Part shown: in pieces, positions 7,898-16,336 of the stretch
Numbering within the stretch: the stretch's first letter is position 1
Layout: each line of letters opens with the position of its first letter
DNA from: a virus
DNA: 64,000 bases
Strand: one strand, 5' to 3'
Virus record (IMG/VR): IMGVR_UViG_3300042691_038416
Location: 60,140 to 124,139 of that record
Position numbers and translations under genes: made by a program
Notes under the pieces: generated by a model
Databases searched by the model: none
What the model was told of the DNA's origin: nothing
What the model saw: only the letters and a program-made list of their open reading frames with translations

Positions 7898-8329
7898 TTA
7901 GAATTTTGGAATCCAAGGTGTAGTAATCTCTCCTTCAATCCAAAACCCACCATAATAACCGTTATGTGAGTTATGATTTACAATTGTGAATACTCCATTT
8001 GTGGTTTCAAATTCAAGAAACATTGTTTCATGAACATCACCATAATCATCATCAATGTACTCAGCTGGTTTAGCATAAACATTAGTTAGTTTTGCTCCTG
8101 AATATTCTTTTAGATTGTCATCACAAACCATATATCTATGTTCACAACATGATTGTCCACCATCCCATATCCTTAGGGCTGTATCATCAGTGAAATTGAT
8201 ATACAAATTATCATCTTCAATACAAACACTAGCAATTGTTTTATCTAGTGATCCTTGAATAGCGAAACGTGTTTCATCGTCTCCTATTGATAGCGCTCTT
8301 AACATAACGCCTAAACCTGTATTAGTCAT
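7898..8329 (-). CDS. Conserved phage hypothetical protein
   Basis: QSCCE...NSHNGYYGG motifs. Confidence 0.7.
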   Translation of the reverse strand: MTNTGLGVMLRALSIGDDETRFAIQGSLDKTIASVCIEDDNLYINFTDDTALRIWDGGQSCCEHRYMVCDDNLKEYSGAKLTNVYAKPAEYIDDDYGDVHETMFLEFETTNGVFTIVNHNSHNGYYGGFWIEGEITTPWIPKF

Positions 8330-8330
8330 A

Positions 8331-8687
8331 TTAATTTATTTGTAAACAATAAGCAAAACTTTCTTGGTAATCATCATTGTCAGCCATTTCTCTTAATTTC
8401 TCAACTGTAATTGAGTTATAGAAACGCTCTCCACGTCCAATTACATCATAAACTAAATCACTCCAACTATCATCACTTGCTTCAATTCCCGGACCACCAT
8501 CATGTCCTAACCAAGCATCTTGGTATTTTTCAAATAACATTACAGCTTTTTCTTCAATGAATGATTCTAACATTTTGAATTCCTTTTTAGGTAATTCAGA
8601 CCAATTAAAACTAATTCGTTCATAGTCATGATCAAATTTCCATTTAGCATCTTCGATCATTTTCCAACATTTTTGTTCTTGTGTCAT
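8331..8687 (-). CDS. DUF4240-like protein
   Basis: W..IE...SDDSWSDL...VIGRGERFY pattern. Confidence 0.55.
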   Translation of the reverse strand: MTQEQKCWKMIEDAKWKFDHDYERISFNWSELPKKEFKMLESFIEEKAVMLFEKYQDAWLGHDGGPGIEASDDSWSDLVYDVIGRGERFYNSITVEKLREMADNDDYQESFAYCLQIN

Positions 8688-8741
8688 GTGCCTTTTTATT
8701 TGAGTTAAATATACGTTTAAAAAACTAGAAATCCTAACTCA

Positions 8742-9554
8742 TTATTCTTCTACTTCAGCCGCTTTAATGTTTGAATAAACGATTTGAGTACCTGTTAGCT
8801 GGAAATATAATTTATTTGCTACCTCACCATTTCGATTTTTAGTGAACTCCATATATGTTCCACCTCCATCACGATTTGATTCACGTCTCATTTCCATCAT
8901 TCCATCTGTCATGTGTTTCAATTTATTACTACCTACAAACACTCCTGCTTTAGTAACTTGTTGAATCAACATAAATGATGTGTACTTATTAGTTTTGTTG
9001 TTACCCTTATTGTTTTGGGTACAAACATCTACCAACCATGATTCAGCTGTTTTACGATCCCATCCCATATCAGTTCTAACATCATCAATCACTTCAGCAA
9101 TACTATCAATCAGTACCAAATCCCAACCCATGTTTAGAACTTGTTCAACCATGTCTTTAGCATTGTGTTGAGCATAATCACTTACAAACAAAGTATCAAC
9201 ATAACCAAACTGTGGATAACGTTGTGTGTACTTAAACATCTGTTTCTTTCCCATTTCACCTGAAATGAACAAACATTTACGAGTTGGATTTTTTAATTGT
9301 GTCATGGCTAAAAAGTCTAGCAACACAGTTGTTTTACCCACTCCTGGATCACCAACACACATCACATTTGAAGCGCATGGCATTCCACCTTCATGACTGA
9401 TCAATAAGTCAAGTACTGTTCCTGATTCCATCTGCTCCATCATTCGGGAGTCAATGTTTAGGTTCTTTAGCTTTGTGATTTGGCTAAAGTCAATTTGTAC
9501 ATGTGCCATTTGTGCTGGTTTGTTTTTTGTTGCTGGACGGCCTCTTTTTTTCAT
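8742..9554 (-). CDS. RadA/Sms-like RecA-family ATPase with N-terminal AT-hook
   Basis: Walker A GDPGVGKTT, ISGE, LIDS, QVTKAG..GSNKLKH, KNRNG; start after promoter 9578-9609. Confidence 0.8.
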   Translation of the reverse strand: MKKRGRPATKNKPAQMAHVQIDFSQITKLKNLNIDSRMMEQMESGTVLDLLISHEGGMPCASNVMCVGDPGVGKTTVLLDFLAMTQLKNPTRKCLFISGEMGKKQMFKYTQRYPQFGYVDTLFVSDYAQHNAKDMVEQVLNMGWDLVLIDSIAEVIDDVRTDMGWDRKTAESWLVDVCTQNNKGNNKTNKYTSFMLIQQVTKAGVFVGSNKLKHMTDGMMEMRRESNRDGGGTYMEFTKNRNGEVANKLYFQLTGTQIVYSNIKAAEVEE

Positions 9555-9610
9555 AACCTTTATTTTTTTGTGTATACTAAATATATGGTAAGAAATTTTG
9601 TAAGCCAAAC

Positions 9611-9898
9611 TTATAATCCCTCTAATCCATCATTCAGCGTCACATCCCAATCATCATCATCTCTAACCAATAAAGCCGTTTCGAATGGTTCATCAATACC
9701 TGTTTCCCAAAACATTTCAATTCCAAATTCAACATCTGGGTGTGCTGAGATACGTGCTTCGATGTTATCAAATACTTGTTCTTGATCCTCTATGATTTGA
9801 ACGTCATATGGATGTAGTGGTAGTGTTTGGAATTCACCTAACGAATTATTATACGCCACTAACCATTGATCATTTGCTTTAAATAGTCTTCCTTTCAT
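9611..9898 (-). CDS. Hypothetical protein
   Basis: Likely start MKGRLFK at 9898; WDVTLNDGLE end. Confidence 0.55.
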   Translation of the reverse strand: MKGRLFKANDQWLVAYNNSLGEFQTLPLHPYDVQIIEDQEQVFDNIEARISAHPDVEFGIEMFWETGIDEPFETALLVRDDDDWDVTLNDGLEGL

Positions 9899-10100
9899 AT
9901 GTTTCTTGATAATACTGTTCTGCTGGTAGTGGGAACTTAAACTTGGTTGATGCTTGTCCCGTTTCATAGTCTGTCTTGCTTTGCTCTTTCTCCATTGCTT
10001 TGGCTTGTTCAATCAATTCATACATTACATGATGTACTCCAACTGTTGATTCAAGTTTGATAAATTCTTGTTCAAGCCATTGTACCGCTGTTTGTTTCAT
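9879..10100 (-). CDS. Hypothetical phage protein
   Basis: MKQTAVQWL..QAKAMEKEQ..AEQYYQETY; promoter 10120-10151. Confidence 0.7.
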   Translation of the reverse strand: MKQTAVQWLEQEFIKLESTVGVHHVMYELIEQAKAMEKEQSKTDYETGQASTKFKFPLPAEQYYQETYERKTI

Positions 10101-10147
10101 ATTTTTCTTTTTAACAAGTTAAATATAAGTTAAAAGATTTTGAAAGC

Positions 10148-10348
10148 CTATAGAAGTCTCCCCTCACCACTTTCATACCATTTTTCTACACTGCCATATT
10201 TGGCTATTTGTTGATTTCCTTCTTCTTCAACCTTGCGATATGCTTCTCTCCAATATTGCTTTGTTTCTTCATTCGCATCAGAAGTGTATGTACCTGAGAA
10301 TAGGCATAGTTCGTCTATTTCTTGGTCTGTTAGTTTAAATGGATTCAT
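10148..10348 (-). CDS. Hypothetical protein
   Basis: ORF, coupled to upstream gene; TAG stop in -33 box. Confidence 0.6.
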   Translation of the reverse strand: MNPFKLTDQEIDELCLFSGTYTSDANEETKQYWREAYRKVEEEGNQQIAKYGSVEKWYESGEGRLL

Positions 10349-10551
10349 TTTTTATTCAAGTGTTCAATAGATGTGATTATAGTATTTCTAATTGGATAGC
10401 AAGCAATAACTTCATATCTATCATCTTTATTCACCCAAAACTCATAGCATCCTGCTTGGGAATATTTCATACCATCGCAGATTATAGATGTTTGATGTGT
10501 ACTATCTGAGTTATTGTAGTATCCAAGAATTGTTATGTTGTATTTTTTCAT
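10345..10551 (-). CDS. Hypothetical protein
   Basis: Translationally coupled ORF. Confidence 0.6.
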   Translation of the reverse strand: MKKYNITILGYYNNSDSTHQTSIICDGMKYSQAGCYEFWVNKDDRYEVIACYPIRNTIITSIEHLNKK

Positions 10552-10820
10552 TATTTATATTCTACGCTTACAATGTGTTTATTAACTATTTTTAATCCAT
10601 CTTTCCACAATGAATCACCTTTAACTGAGTCGCATTCAATTATTGGTGTGTGGTAATATCCTGCTGTCTCATATACAATATGAACTTGTAGTGGATATTT
10701 TTTAGTTGGTTGTTTGTTGGTAGATGAAGCCAATCCAAATCCTATTACTAATCCAAATACTAACGCAGTCATTGGTATCGCAAAGTATTTTACATTAAAT
10801 GTTGTCCATTCATCACTCAT
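10551..10820 (-). CDS. Membrane-anchored hypothetical protein
   Basis: N-terminal TM segment. Confidence 0.6.
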   Translation of the reverse strand: MSDEWTTFNVKYFAIPMTALVFGLVIGFGLASSTNKQPTKKYPLQVHIVYETAGYYHTPIIECDSVKGDSLWKDGLKIVNKHIVSVEYK

Positions 10821-11497
10821 ATTTCAAATATATTTCCGTTTGAACTTAATTTACCAAATTTTCCATCAGTCACAACTGAACCATTTGAGTAGGTGGTTCC
10901 TGGATAAGCACTTAACTGTCTTACACCTGCATTGATAATATCTTCACAGTTATGAATGTGACCAAACAATACTAGTTTAGGTTGTATTTTCAACATATGT
11001 TTTCTCATAGCTGAACATCCACAAAACTCAAGTTCATTTTCTCTATTGTAACTCAGATCCATTATTGTTGCTGGTGGACCATGTGATACAACTATATCTG
11101 TTCCTTCAGGAATTGACTGCCATGTCTTATTCATTTTATCTCTTGACTTGTTATAAGCCCAACCCACTCCAAATGATGGTGTATAAGGTGTACCCCAGAT
11201 TTTAATACCTTCAATTTCAGTTGAATTGTTTTCTAAATAAACAATACCTTTACTAGTGAAATCAGCAGGTCTGACTAAGCGCTTCTCAATACTTGTATCA
11301 TGATTTCCAGCTACAAACACTTTATGTTTGATTGGAAGTGATGAGTACCACTCAATAAAGTCTCTTACCTCAGGTTCATTCAAGTATGGATTACTTGGGT
11401 TTGAACAATCACCTGAGTGAATAACCATATCAACTCCATCAGGTATATTTAGCAGACCATGAAATGTATGAGTATCACTTATGTGCCAAATTTTCAT
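10817..11497 (-). CDS. Metallophosphoesterase (calcineurin-like)
   Basis: HISDTH, HSGD, AGNHD, SHGPP, FGHIH. Confidence 0.92.
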   Translation of the reverse strand: MKIWHISDTHTFHGLLNIPDGVDMVIHSGDCSNPSNPYLNEPEVRDFIEWYSSLPIKHKVFVAGNHDTSIEKRLVRPADFTSKGIVYLENNSTEIEGIKIWGTPYTPSFGVGWAYNKSRDKMNKTWQSIPEGTDIVVSHGPPATIMDLSYNRENELEFCGCSAMRKHMLKIQPKLVLFGHIHNCEDIINAGVRQLSAYPGTTYSNGSVVTDGKFGKLSSNGNIFEI

Positions 11498-11682
11498 TTT
11501 GAGAATTTTTCAATTGTTTTATTAACAATGAAACCAAATATTGAAAATGTTACTACCATTCCTATAAACCCAAGTACATATCTCCAACTATCAGTTGTTG
11601 TAAATAAGAAGTACAAGGCAAACAATAATGTACATGTTAGGAACCCAGTTAAGTAATTTTCAGGTGTAAATAATTTTTTCAT
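11494..11682 (-). CDS. Small membrane protein
   Basis: Two TM segments. Confidence 0.6.
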   Translation of the reverse strand: MKKLFTPENYLTGFLTCTLLFALYFLFTTTDSWRYVLGFIGMVVTFSIFGFIVNKTIEKFSK

Positions 11683-11972
11683 ATTTTATGTATTGTATAA
11701 GTGCTATTTTTTGTTTTGAATTTATTTTCACTAATGATCTCAGTGATTTCAGTAGTTAACCACATATAATTTCCTGGTCCGGTTGGATCAAGTACAATAC
11801 TACGACCAACAGCCGGTTCATTATGTACCTTACCACCTACACCATTCTTATTCCATTCTATAAACTTAATGACTGAAGCAGGCATTCGTATATCATCTTC
11901 AAGACGAGTGACAACATAGTTATCTTTTACTAAGTCCATAAATATTTTTGGTCGATCTATCTTATTTTTCAT
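11679..11972 (-). CDS. Hypothetical phage protein
   Basis: PAVGRS..WLTT...FKTKNSTY; promoter 11977-12008. Confidence 0.65.
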   Translation of the reverse strand: MKNKIDRPKIFMDLVKDNYVVTRLEDDIRMPASVIKFIEWNKNGVGGKVHNEPAVGRSIVLDPTGPGNYMWLTTEITEIISENKFKTKNSTYTIHKI

Positions 11973-12004
11973 GTTCTAAATATAAGTTAAAAGATTTTGA
12001 AAAC

Positions 12005-12550
12005 CTAATCCCACCAATTTTCTATATGTTTATTTAATGTATTAAATAATAAACGTCTTGCTCGTTCATGATTTTCTCTACCCATATAAAGAGCAATTCG
12101 TGATCTATCTGAATTGGAACCCAATTTTGCTACAACGCGTTTATATATTAATGGATACTTTTTGAAGTAACCATCTAAATTATCTTCAATTACTTCTGAA
12201 TGCATTGTGTAGTATGGATCACCATTTTCATCTTTGTCTTCAGTTGGAATAAAATCAAATTTTGTTTCATAGTAATCAAAATATTCTAATCCATACCATT
12301 CCTCTTGAACACGTTCAATCAATTTAATACATAATCTCATTCTAGCTACTTCATGTTCATAACCAACAAACCACTGTCTTTGCTCAGTGTAGTCAGCTGT
12401 ATTTTTTATCTTGAATTTAAGAACTTCAAATATAAAGTGATCATCATAGTCTTTATCATTCCAAATGATTGGGAGCCACCTCCATAAATTCTTAATACGT
12501 CCACCTAAATCAAGGAAGAAGTATCTAATGTCAGTATATATCTTTTTCAT
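12005..12550 (-). CDS. Conserved phage hypothetical protein
   Basis: WLPIIWND.D.D...WWD terminus. Confidence 0.7.
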   Translation of the reverse strand: MKKIYTDIRYFFLDLGGRIKNLWRWLPIIWNDKDYDDHFIFEVLKFKIKNTADYTEQRQWFVGYEHEVARMRLCIKLIERVQEEWYGLEYFDYYETKFDFIPTEDKDENGDPYYTMHSEVIEDNLDGYFKKYPLIYKRVVAKLGSNSDRSRIALYMGRENHERARRLLFNTLNKHIENWWD

Positions 12551-12567
12551 AATCTAAATATAAATAA

Positions 12568-12603
12568 AAAAGTAGGCCAGCCCAAATTAAGGCTGGCCTA
12601 AAA
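12568..12603 (-). terminator. Hairpin terminator overlapping the next promoter
   Basis: TAGGCCAGCC-8 nt-GGCTGGCCTA followed by CTTTTTT on minus strand. Confidence 0.7.
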
Positions 12604-12611
12604 TCAACTAA

Positions 12612-13418
12612 TTAACTCAAACAATATTCTATTGCCAACTCATATAATTTACTATTCAACTCAATATCTTTATTAAAATTCTTAATCTTACGTGCTTTAC
12701 GTGTTTTGGTTGAGTAACCATACTTGAAATCACCATCAATTACTTTTTCTTGTACTCGGTTAAACACACTCCACAAATCATTTCCTTCATCTTCCTTACG
12801 AGTTGCTTTTACAAACTCGTTATAGTCAATTGTGATACGTTTCATTTCAACCTCACCAAAACGAGCCTCAAGAGCATCCTTAGCAAACTTAAGAATCTGC
12901 TTATCCGTCAATTGAGTCTGTTTAAATTTATTCATTGACTCAACTGTGAGTGGAAGTTTCTCAACCATCGCTGTGATTGTCTTCTGTAGCTCACTAAAAT
13001 CATATCCAAAGTGCCTAATCTTCAAATCAGCAAAATCTTGAGTTGAAATCACCAAACCATTCTCACATACCAACCTAAACAAACCAGCTCGGAATGTGAA
13101 AGCATTTTTACCATCACTACTATTAGTTAACAAAATTTGAGGCCAAACTGTATCACCATCACTCCCATTAATAACAATGTCTGGATTTCGAAAAACAATT
13201 AAATGTTTTTGATAACCAGCATTGGCTCCTCGAGCGCGAACCTGTTTAGCATCAGTTACTTTCCATCCCAACACTTCCATGTCCTCAATAATTTTATAAG
13301 TTGGAATGTGGGTGTACTTCTCACTTGTATTGTGAGCACCTTTGGTAGCAAAAATAGAATTTGCTTTTTCTTTAATTTGTTCCTTAGTGAGGAACTCTTG
13401 TGATTGAGTGTTTAGCAT
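12612..13418 (-). CDS. DUF932 family protein
   Basis: LTNSSDG..F..GLFRLVCENGL, DLWSVFNRVQE, N..L...A. Confidence 0.85.
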   Translation of the reverse strand: MLNTQSQEFLTKEQIKEKANSIFATKGAHNTSEKYTHIPTYKIIEDMEVLGWKVTDAKQVRARGANAGYQKHLIVFRNPDIVINGSDGDTVWPQILLTNSSDGKNAFTFRAGLFRLVCENGLVISTQDFADLKIRHFGYDFSELQKTITAMVEKLPLTVESMNKFKQTQLTDKQILKFAKDALEARFGEVEMKRITIDYNEFVKATRKEDEGNDLWSVFNRVQEKVIDGDFKYGYSTKTRKARKIKNFNKDIELNSKLYELAIEYCLS

Positions 13419-13631
13419 AACCTTTTTTTTAGTTTGAGTTACTTATTTTTTCTTATACACTAAATATATGAGTAAATTTTCTGTAAGCCAAATTTTTTAT
13501 TCTTTTTCCTTAAAATATTCTTTTAGTATTTTAGCTTCACGTTCAGTTCTGCTTTCAATATTTCGTTTAGAACCAGTTATAACTAAAAATGCTATTAATA
13601 AAACATTCAATATTATGGTAGTTACTAGCAT

Positions 13632-13820
13632 TTAACTTAATTTATTTTTCTTATTAAAGTTAATATAATCATAATCATCTTCCTCAACCACTTGAACAAT
13701 TTCAACAAAGTCATATTCAGCAATAGCTGCTGCTTCTTCTTCAGCTTCTTGTTTAGTTATAAATCCTAAATCAGATTTAAACCATTGTCCATGTACATCT
13801 TGTATGAGGAATGTATACAT
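13632..13820 (-). CDS. Small acidic hypothetical protein
   Basis: Likely start MYTFLIQD; the longer track ORF overlaps a tRNA-like element. Confidence 0.55.
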   Translation of the reverse strand: MYTFLIQDVHGQWFKSDLGFITKQEAEEEAAAIAEYDFVEIVQVVEEDDYDYINFNKKNKLS

Positions 13821-13855
13821 GTTGTGTTGTTTATTTATACATATTAACACTTTTG

Positions 13856-13943
13856 CGGTCAGAACAGGAATCGAACCTGTGTTCTTATTCATCACATGTG
13901 TGAATAACTCTTATTAATTGCCTCACCATTCAGCCACCTGACC
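13856..13943 (-). ncRNA. tRNA-like RNA lacking a canonical anticodon arm
   Basis: GGTCAGG/TCTGACC acceptor, D arm with TGG, ACAGG-TTCGATT-CCTGT T arm; AT-rich TTATTCA/TGAATAA hairpin in place of anticodon arm. Confidence 0.75.
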
Positions 13944-13945
13944 AT

Positions 13946-14160
13946 TTCGCCCAACCGTTTCCGGCTGTCCCTAATACCGAATAGCATCGCTCAGCGGCAA
14001 CCCACTTTCGTGAGAGGTTAGGACTTGTGTGTTAACTTACTACTGTTACTGGTACACCAACCAACCGACTTAGGCTCAAGTAATCGGCTCAGGTCCCTGT
14101 GAGCAATGACCTCACTTCTCATCATGCGGGACACATTAGCTGATTATCAGTCAGCACGTG
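13946..14160 (-). ncRNA. Candidate ~210-nt structured RNA
   Basis: GC-rich, no ORF in track; stems GCTGA/TCAGC, GTCCC/GGGAC, GTGAG/CTCAC, GCCGAT/GTCGGT; GAAA tetraloops CTCAC-GAAA-GTGGG and CAGCCG-GAAA-CGGTTG. Confidence 0.7.
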
Positions 14161-14235
14161 TAGTCCGTACGGGATTCGAACCCGTGATCTCTTCCGTGAA
14201 AGGGAAGTGTCCTAAACCAGCTAGACGAACGGACC
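14161..14235 (-). tRNA. tRNA-Glu(TTC)
   Basis: CTTCC-CTTTCAC-GGAAG anticodon arm; canonical cloverleaf. Confidence 0.95.
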
Positions 14236-14242
14236 ATGTTTA

Positions 14243-14536
14243 TTAAACTAAAAACTCAACTTCAATTTCCTCAGATATCTTATTCATAATTTCATCAGCC
14301 CATTGATATGAGTCTAATGGAACAAATCTATCTGATTTATATCCCATTTCACGACCTAATCGTTCTGAGTATGGTGAGATAATTTCATCAAGAGCGATAG
14401 CGGAACCATCATTAGATAGTATTTCTCTAATTGTATATGTCTCACCTACTTTTAATTTACTTAATGCTTCAATGGTTTCAGGTCGATTATCTTTAGGTGT
14501 ATTATTGATACAAACTACTTTTTGTCCTACATCCAT
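14243..14536 (-). CDS. Hypothetical phage protein
   Basis: VGQKVVCIN..GETYTI..RF pattern. Confidence 0.65.
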   Translation of the reverse strand: MDVGQKVVCINNTPKDNRPETIEALSKLKVGETYTIREILSNDGSAIALDEIISPYSERLGREMGYKSDRFVPLDSYQWADEIMNKISEEIEVEFLV

Positions 14537-14730
14537 TACTTATCTTCTCCTTTATAAGGTTCTGTTTCAATTGTTTTAGGTAAAGGTAAACCATATATTT
14601 TTATCAATTTAACATATGTTTCATCTCCCTTTCTACACTCAACCCACAATCCATTTTCTTTACCATTTGTGGTGAGTGGAATAATAATCAATTCTTCTTT
14701 AAATAAATTCTTAAACCAATTAATAATCAT
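14536..14730 (-). CDS. Hypothetical protein
   Basis: Likely start MIINW. Confidence 0.5.
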   Translation of the reverse strand: MIINWFKNLFKEELIIIPLTTNGKENGLWVECRKGDETYVKLIKIYGLPLPKTIETEPYKGEDK

Positions 14731-15031
14731 ATGCTTCCCAACTTGTGAGTTCAAATACTAATCTTAATTCAATAACTTCTTTTGTTTCTTCATCTACAGT
14801 TGCTGTTGCTCGAAATCCACCTGTAGCGTTTATATAATTTGATTTTTCTTTTACAGCACCATCATAAGCACCATGAAGTAAATCCATTGCACATTTAAAT
14901 AATGCTCCGGTAGTGGGTACTTCACCTTCACTAGTAGCCCATGTCCAGTTTAGTAATGTCATGGCTTTATGAACTTTTCCCCAATTAAAGTTCTCAATAA
15001 TACTATCAATTGCTTTTTCTTTATTTAACAT
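14720..15031 (-). CDS. Hypothetical phage protein
   Basis: Start MLNKEK after promoter 15043-15074; F...KVHKAM..LNW.W..ATGGF. Confidence 0.7.
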   Translation of the reverse strand: MLNKEKAIDSIIENFNWGKVHKAMTLLNWTWATSEGEVPTTGALFKCAMDLLHGAYDGAVKEKSNYINATGGFRATATVDEETKEVIELRLVFELTSWEAYDY

Positions 15032-15253
15032 AACCTTTTTATTGAATATAAATTTAAAAACTTTATAAGCCAAATTATACTGTTTCTTCCCAAACTCCAA
15101 TAAATTCAGAGATAAGTAATACAATTGAAGCCAATATCATATCATATGGTAGGAGAATATATCCTATCATTCTAATAAATGATTTGGTAAAACTAAGCAT
15201 TTTGTGTTTTTTAGGATCTGGATGATTCATCTTCTTTATATTTTAATTGTTAG

Positions 15254-15327
15254 TAGTCCCGACGAGGATCGAACTCATAACCTACTGCTTAGAAGGCAGT
15301 TGCTCTATCCAATTGAGCTACGGGACC
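15254..15327 (-). tRNA. tRNA-Arg(TCT)
   Basis: ACTGC-CTTCTAA-GCAGT anticodon arm; canonical cloverleaf. Confidence 0.95.
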
Positions 15328-15422
15328 ATATTTTAACAGTATGGACATTCATATCCTCGTTCTCTAACATCATAATATTTTTGACACTTAGAACATTTTT
15401 TCCACACTTCATGATTAAATAG

Positions 15423-15499
15423 TACTCCCGGAGGGACTTGAACCCACGTGTAACCAACTACCCTTTCTACATGGTATAAGCATGAGGGGATACGGGAGC
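15423..15499 (-). tRNA. Non-canonical tRNA-Ile(TAT)-like RNA with rearranged arms
   Basis: GCTCCCG/CGGGAGT acceptor; CATG-CTTATAC-CATG anticodon-like arm with no preceding D arm; TTCAAGT T loop. Confidence 0.6.
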
Positions 15500-15505
15500 G
15501 TGAAT

Positions 15506-15763
15506 TCATATTGTTATTGTTACTTTATTATCTTTAAAACTAATTTCTTTTATTACTCTTATTTTACCATCCATGAAATATCTTCCCACATCCATTCCTA
15601 CTCTAATAAATGGACCACCTGATGGATCAACAAACTCAATAACTCCATCTAGATTTGTTCCTACTCTATAATAATCACCTCCTATCATTTCTATTTGATT
15701 ATCACTAATCTGTTTAAAAATAATATCATCTCCGTAGCGGTTAATATAACTTGCGGTCTTCAT
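15506..15763 (-). CDS. Hypothetical phage protein
   Basis: NRYGD..F, FVDPSGGPFI..G motif. Confidence 0.7.
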   Translation of the reverse strand: MKTASYINRYGDDIIFKQISDNQIEMIGGDYYRVGTNLDGVIEFVDPSGGPFIRVGMDVGRYFMDGKIRVIKEISFKDNKVTITI

Positions 15764-15971
15764 TTTGAGTTCGATTTCTTAGGATTGATTCTAGTATGAT
15801 TTTTTTGTTTGCTTCATCTCTTGCTTCTCTTTCAAGTTGGGAATTTTTACTTTTGAGCAGATTAATTTCTTGCTCTAGCTTAGTATTCTTCTTTTCCAGT
15901 TTAATATAAGCTATAGATATTCCTATTAATAAAAGTATAAGAGAAACAATCATGTGTTTGATTTTTTTCAC
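15741..15971 (-). CDS. Membrane-anchored coiled-coil protein
   Basis: GTG start, N-terminal TM, heptad pattern. Confidence 0.55.
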   Translation of the reverse strand: MKKIKHMIVSLILLLIGISIAYIKLEKKNTKLEQEINLLKSKNSQLEREARDEANKKIILESILRNRTQNEDRKLY

Positions 15972-15975
15972 TGGT

Positions 15976-15994
15976 GAAAGGGGCCGTAGCCCCT
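15976..15994 (-). terminator. Terminator after HTH gene
   Basis: AGGGGC-TACG-GCCCCT-TT on minus strand. Confidence 0.6.
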
Positions 15995-16022
15995 AAAAAC
16001 ACCAAAGAAAAATTATTGAAAA

Positions 16023-16250
16023 TTAAGCGGTTTGCTTAACACGACGACGTGAAACATAATACATTGCATTAGCAATATCATCATTAATACGACGACGACG
16101 AGCTTTCACATTTGAGATGTGAGACTCAGAGTAACCAGTTTCAGCAGCGATGCGCTGGTTGTCACCACGGCGTTCACGTGCCATGTAGAATGCTAAAATT
16201 GCTGTGCGGTTCATACGACGCTTCAGAGATTTCATTTTACTTTTTTTCAT
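16023..16250 (-). CDS. Small basic helix-turn-helix DNA-binding protein
   Basis: QRIAAETGYSESHISNV HTH pattern; own promoter and terminator. Confidence 0.7.
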   Translation of the reverse strand: MKKSKMKSLKRRMNRTAILAFYMARERRGDNQRIAAETGYSESHISNVKARRRRINDDIANAMYYVSRRRVKQTA

Positions 16251-16336
16251 AACGTTTTTTTTTGTTTTTAATTTTTAAATTTATATTATTAATATATGTT
16301 AAAAGATTTTGGAAGCCAAACTTTTTAACTTCTCTT

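Noticed and set aside
1431-8740. GTTAGGC/GTTAGGA at gene boundaries resembling integron attC core sites (GTTRRRY)
   Set aside because: No matching inverse core or attC hairpin and no integrase in the window; the motif is always exactly 20 nt from TATATTTA and alternates with TTTGG, so it is the promoter -33 box.
181-12008. TAG stop-codon reassignment as in some Bacteroidota phages
   Set aside because: Long genes (PolB, GroEL, fibres) are intact in the standard code, TAGs fall at sensible gene ends before promoters, and no CTA-anticodon tRNA was seen.
13856-14160. tmRNA or RNase P RNA
   Set aside because: The tRNA-like part has its own contiguous 5' and 3' acceptor strands without a G3-U70 alanine pair or tag ORF; RNase P P4 consensus not seen.
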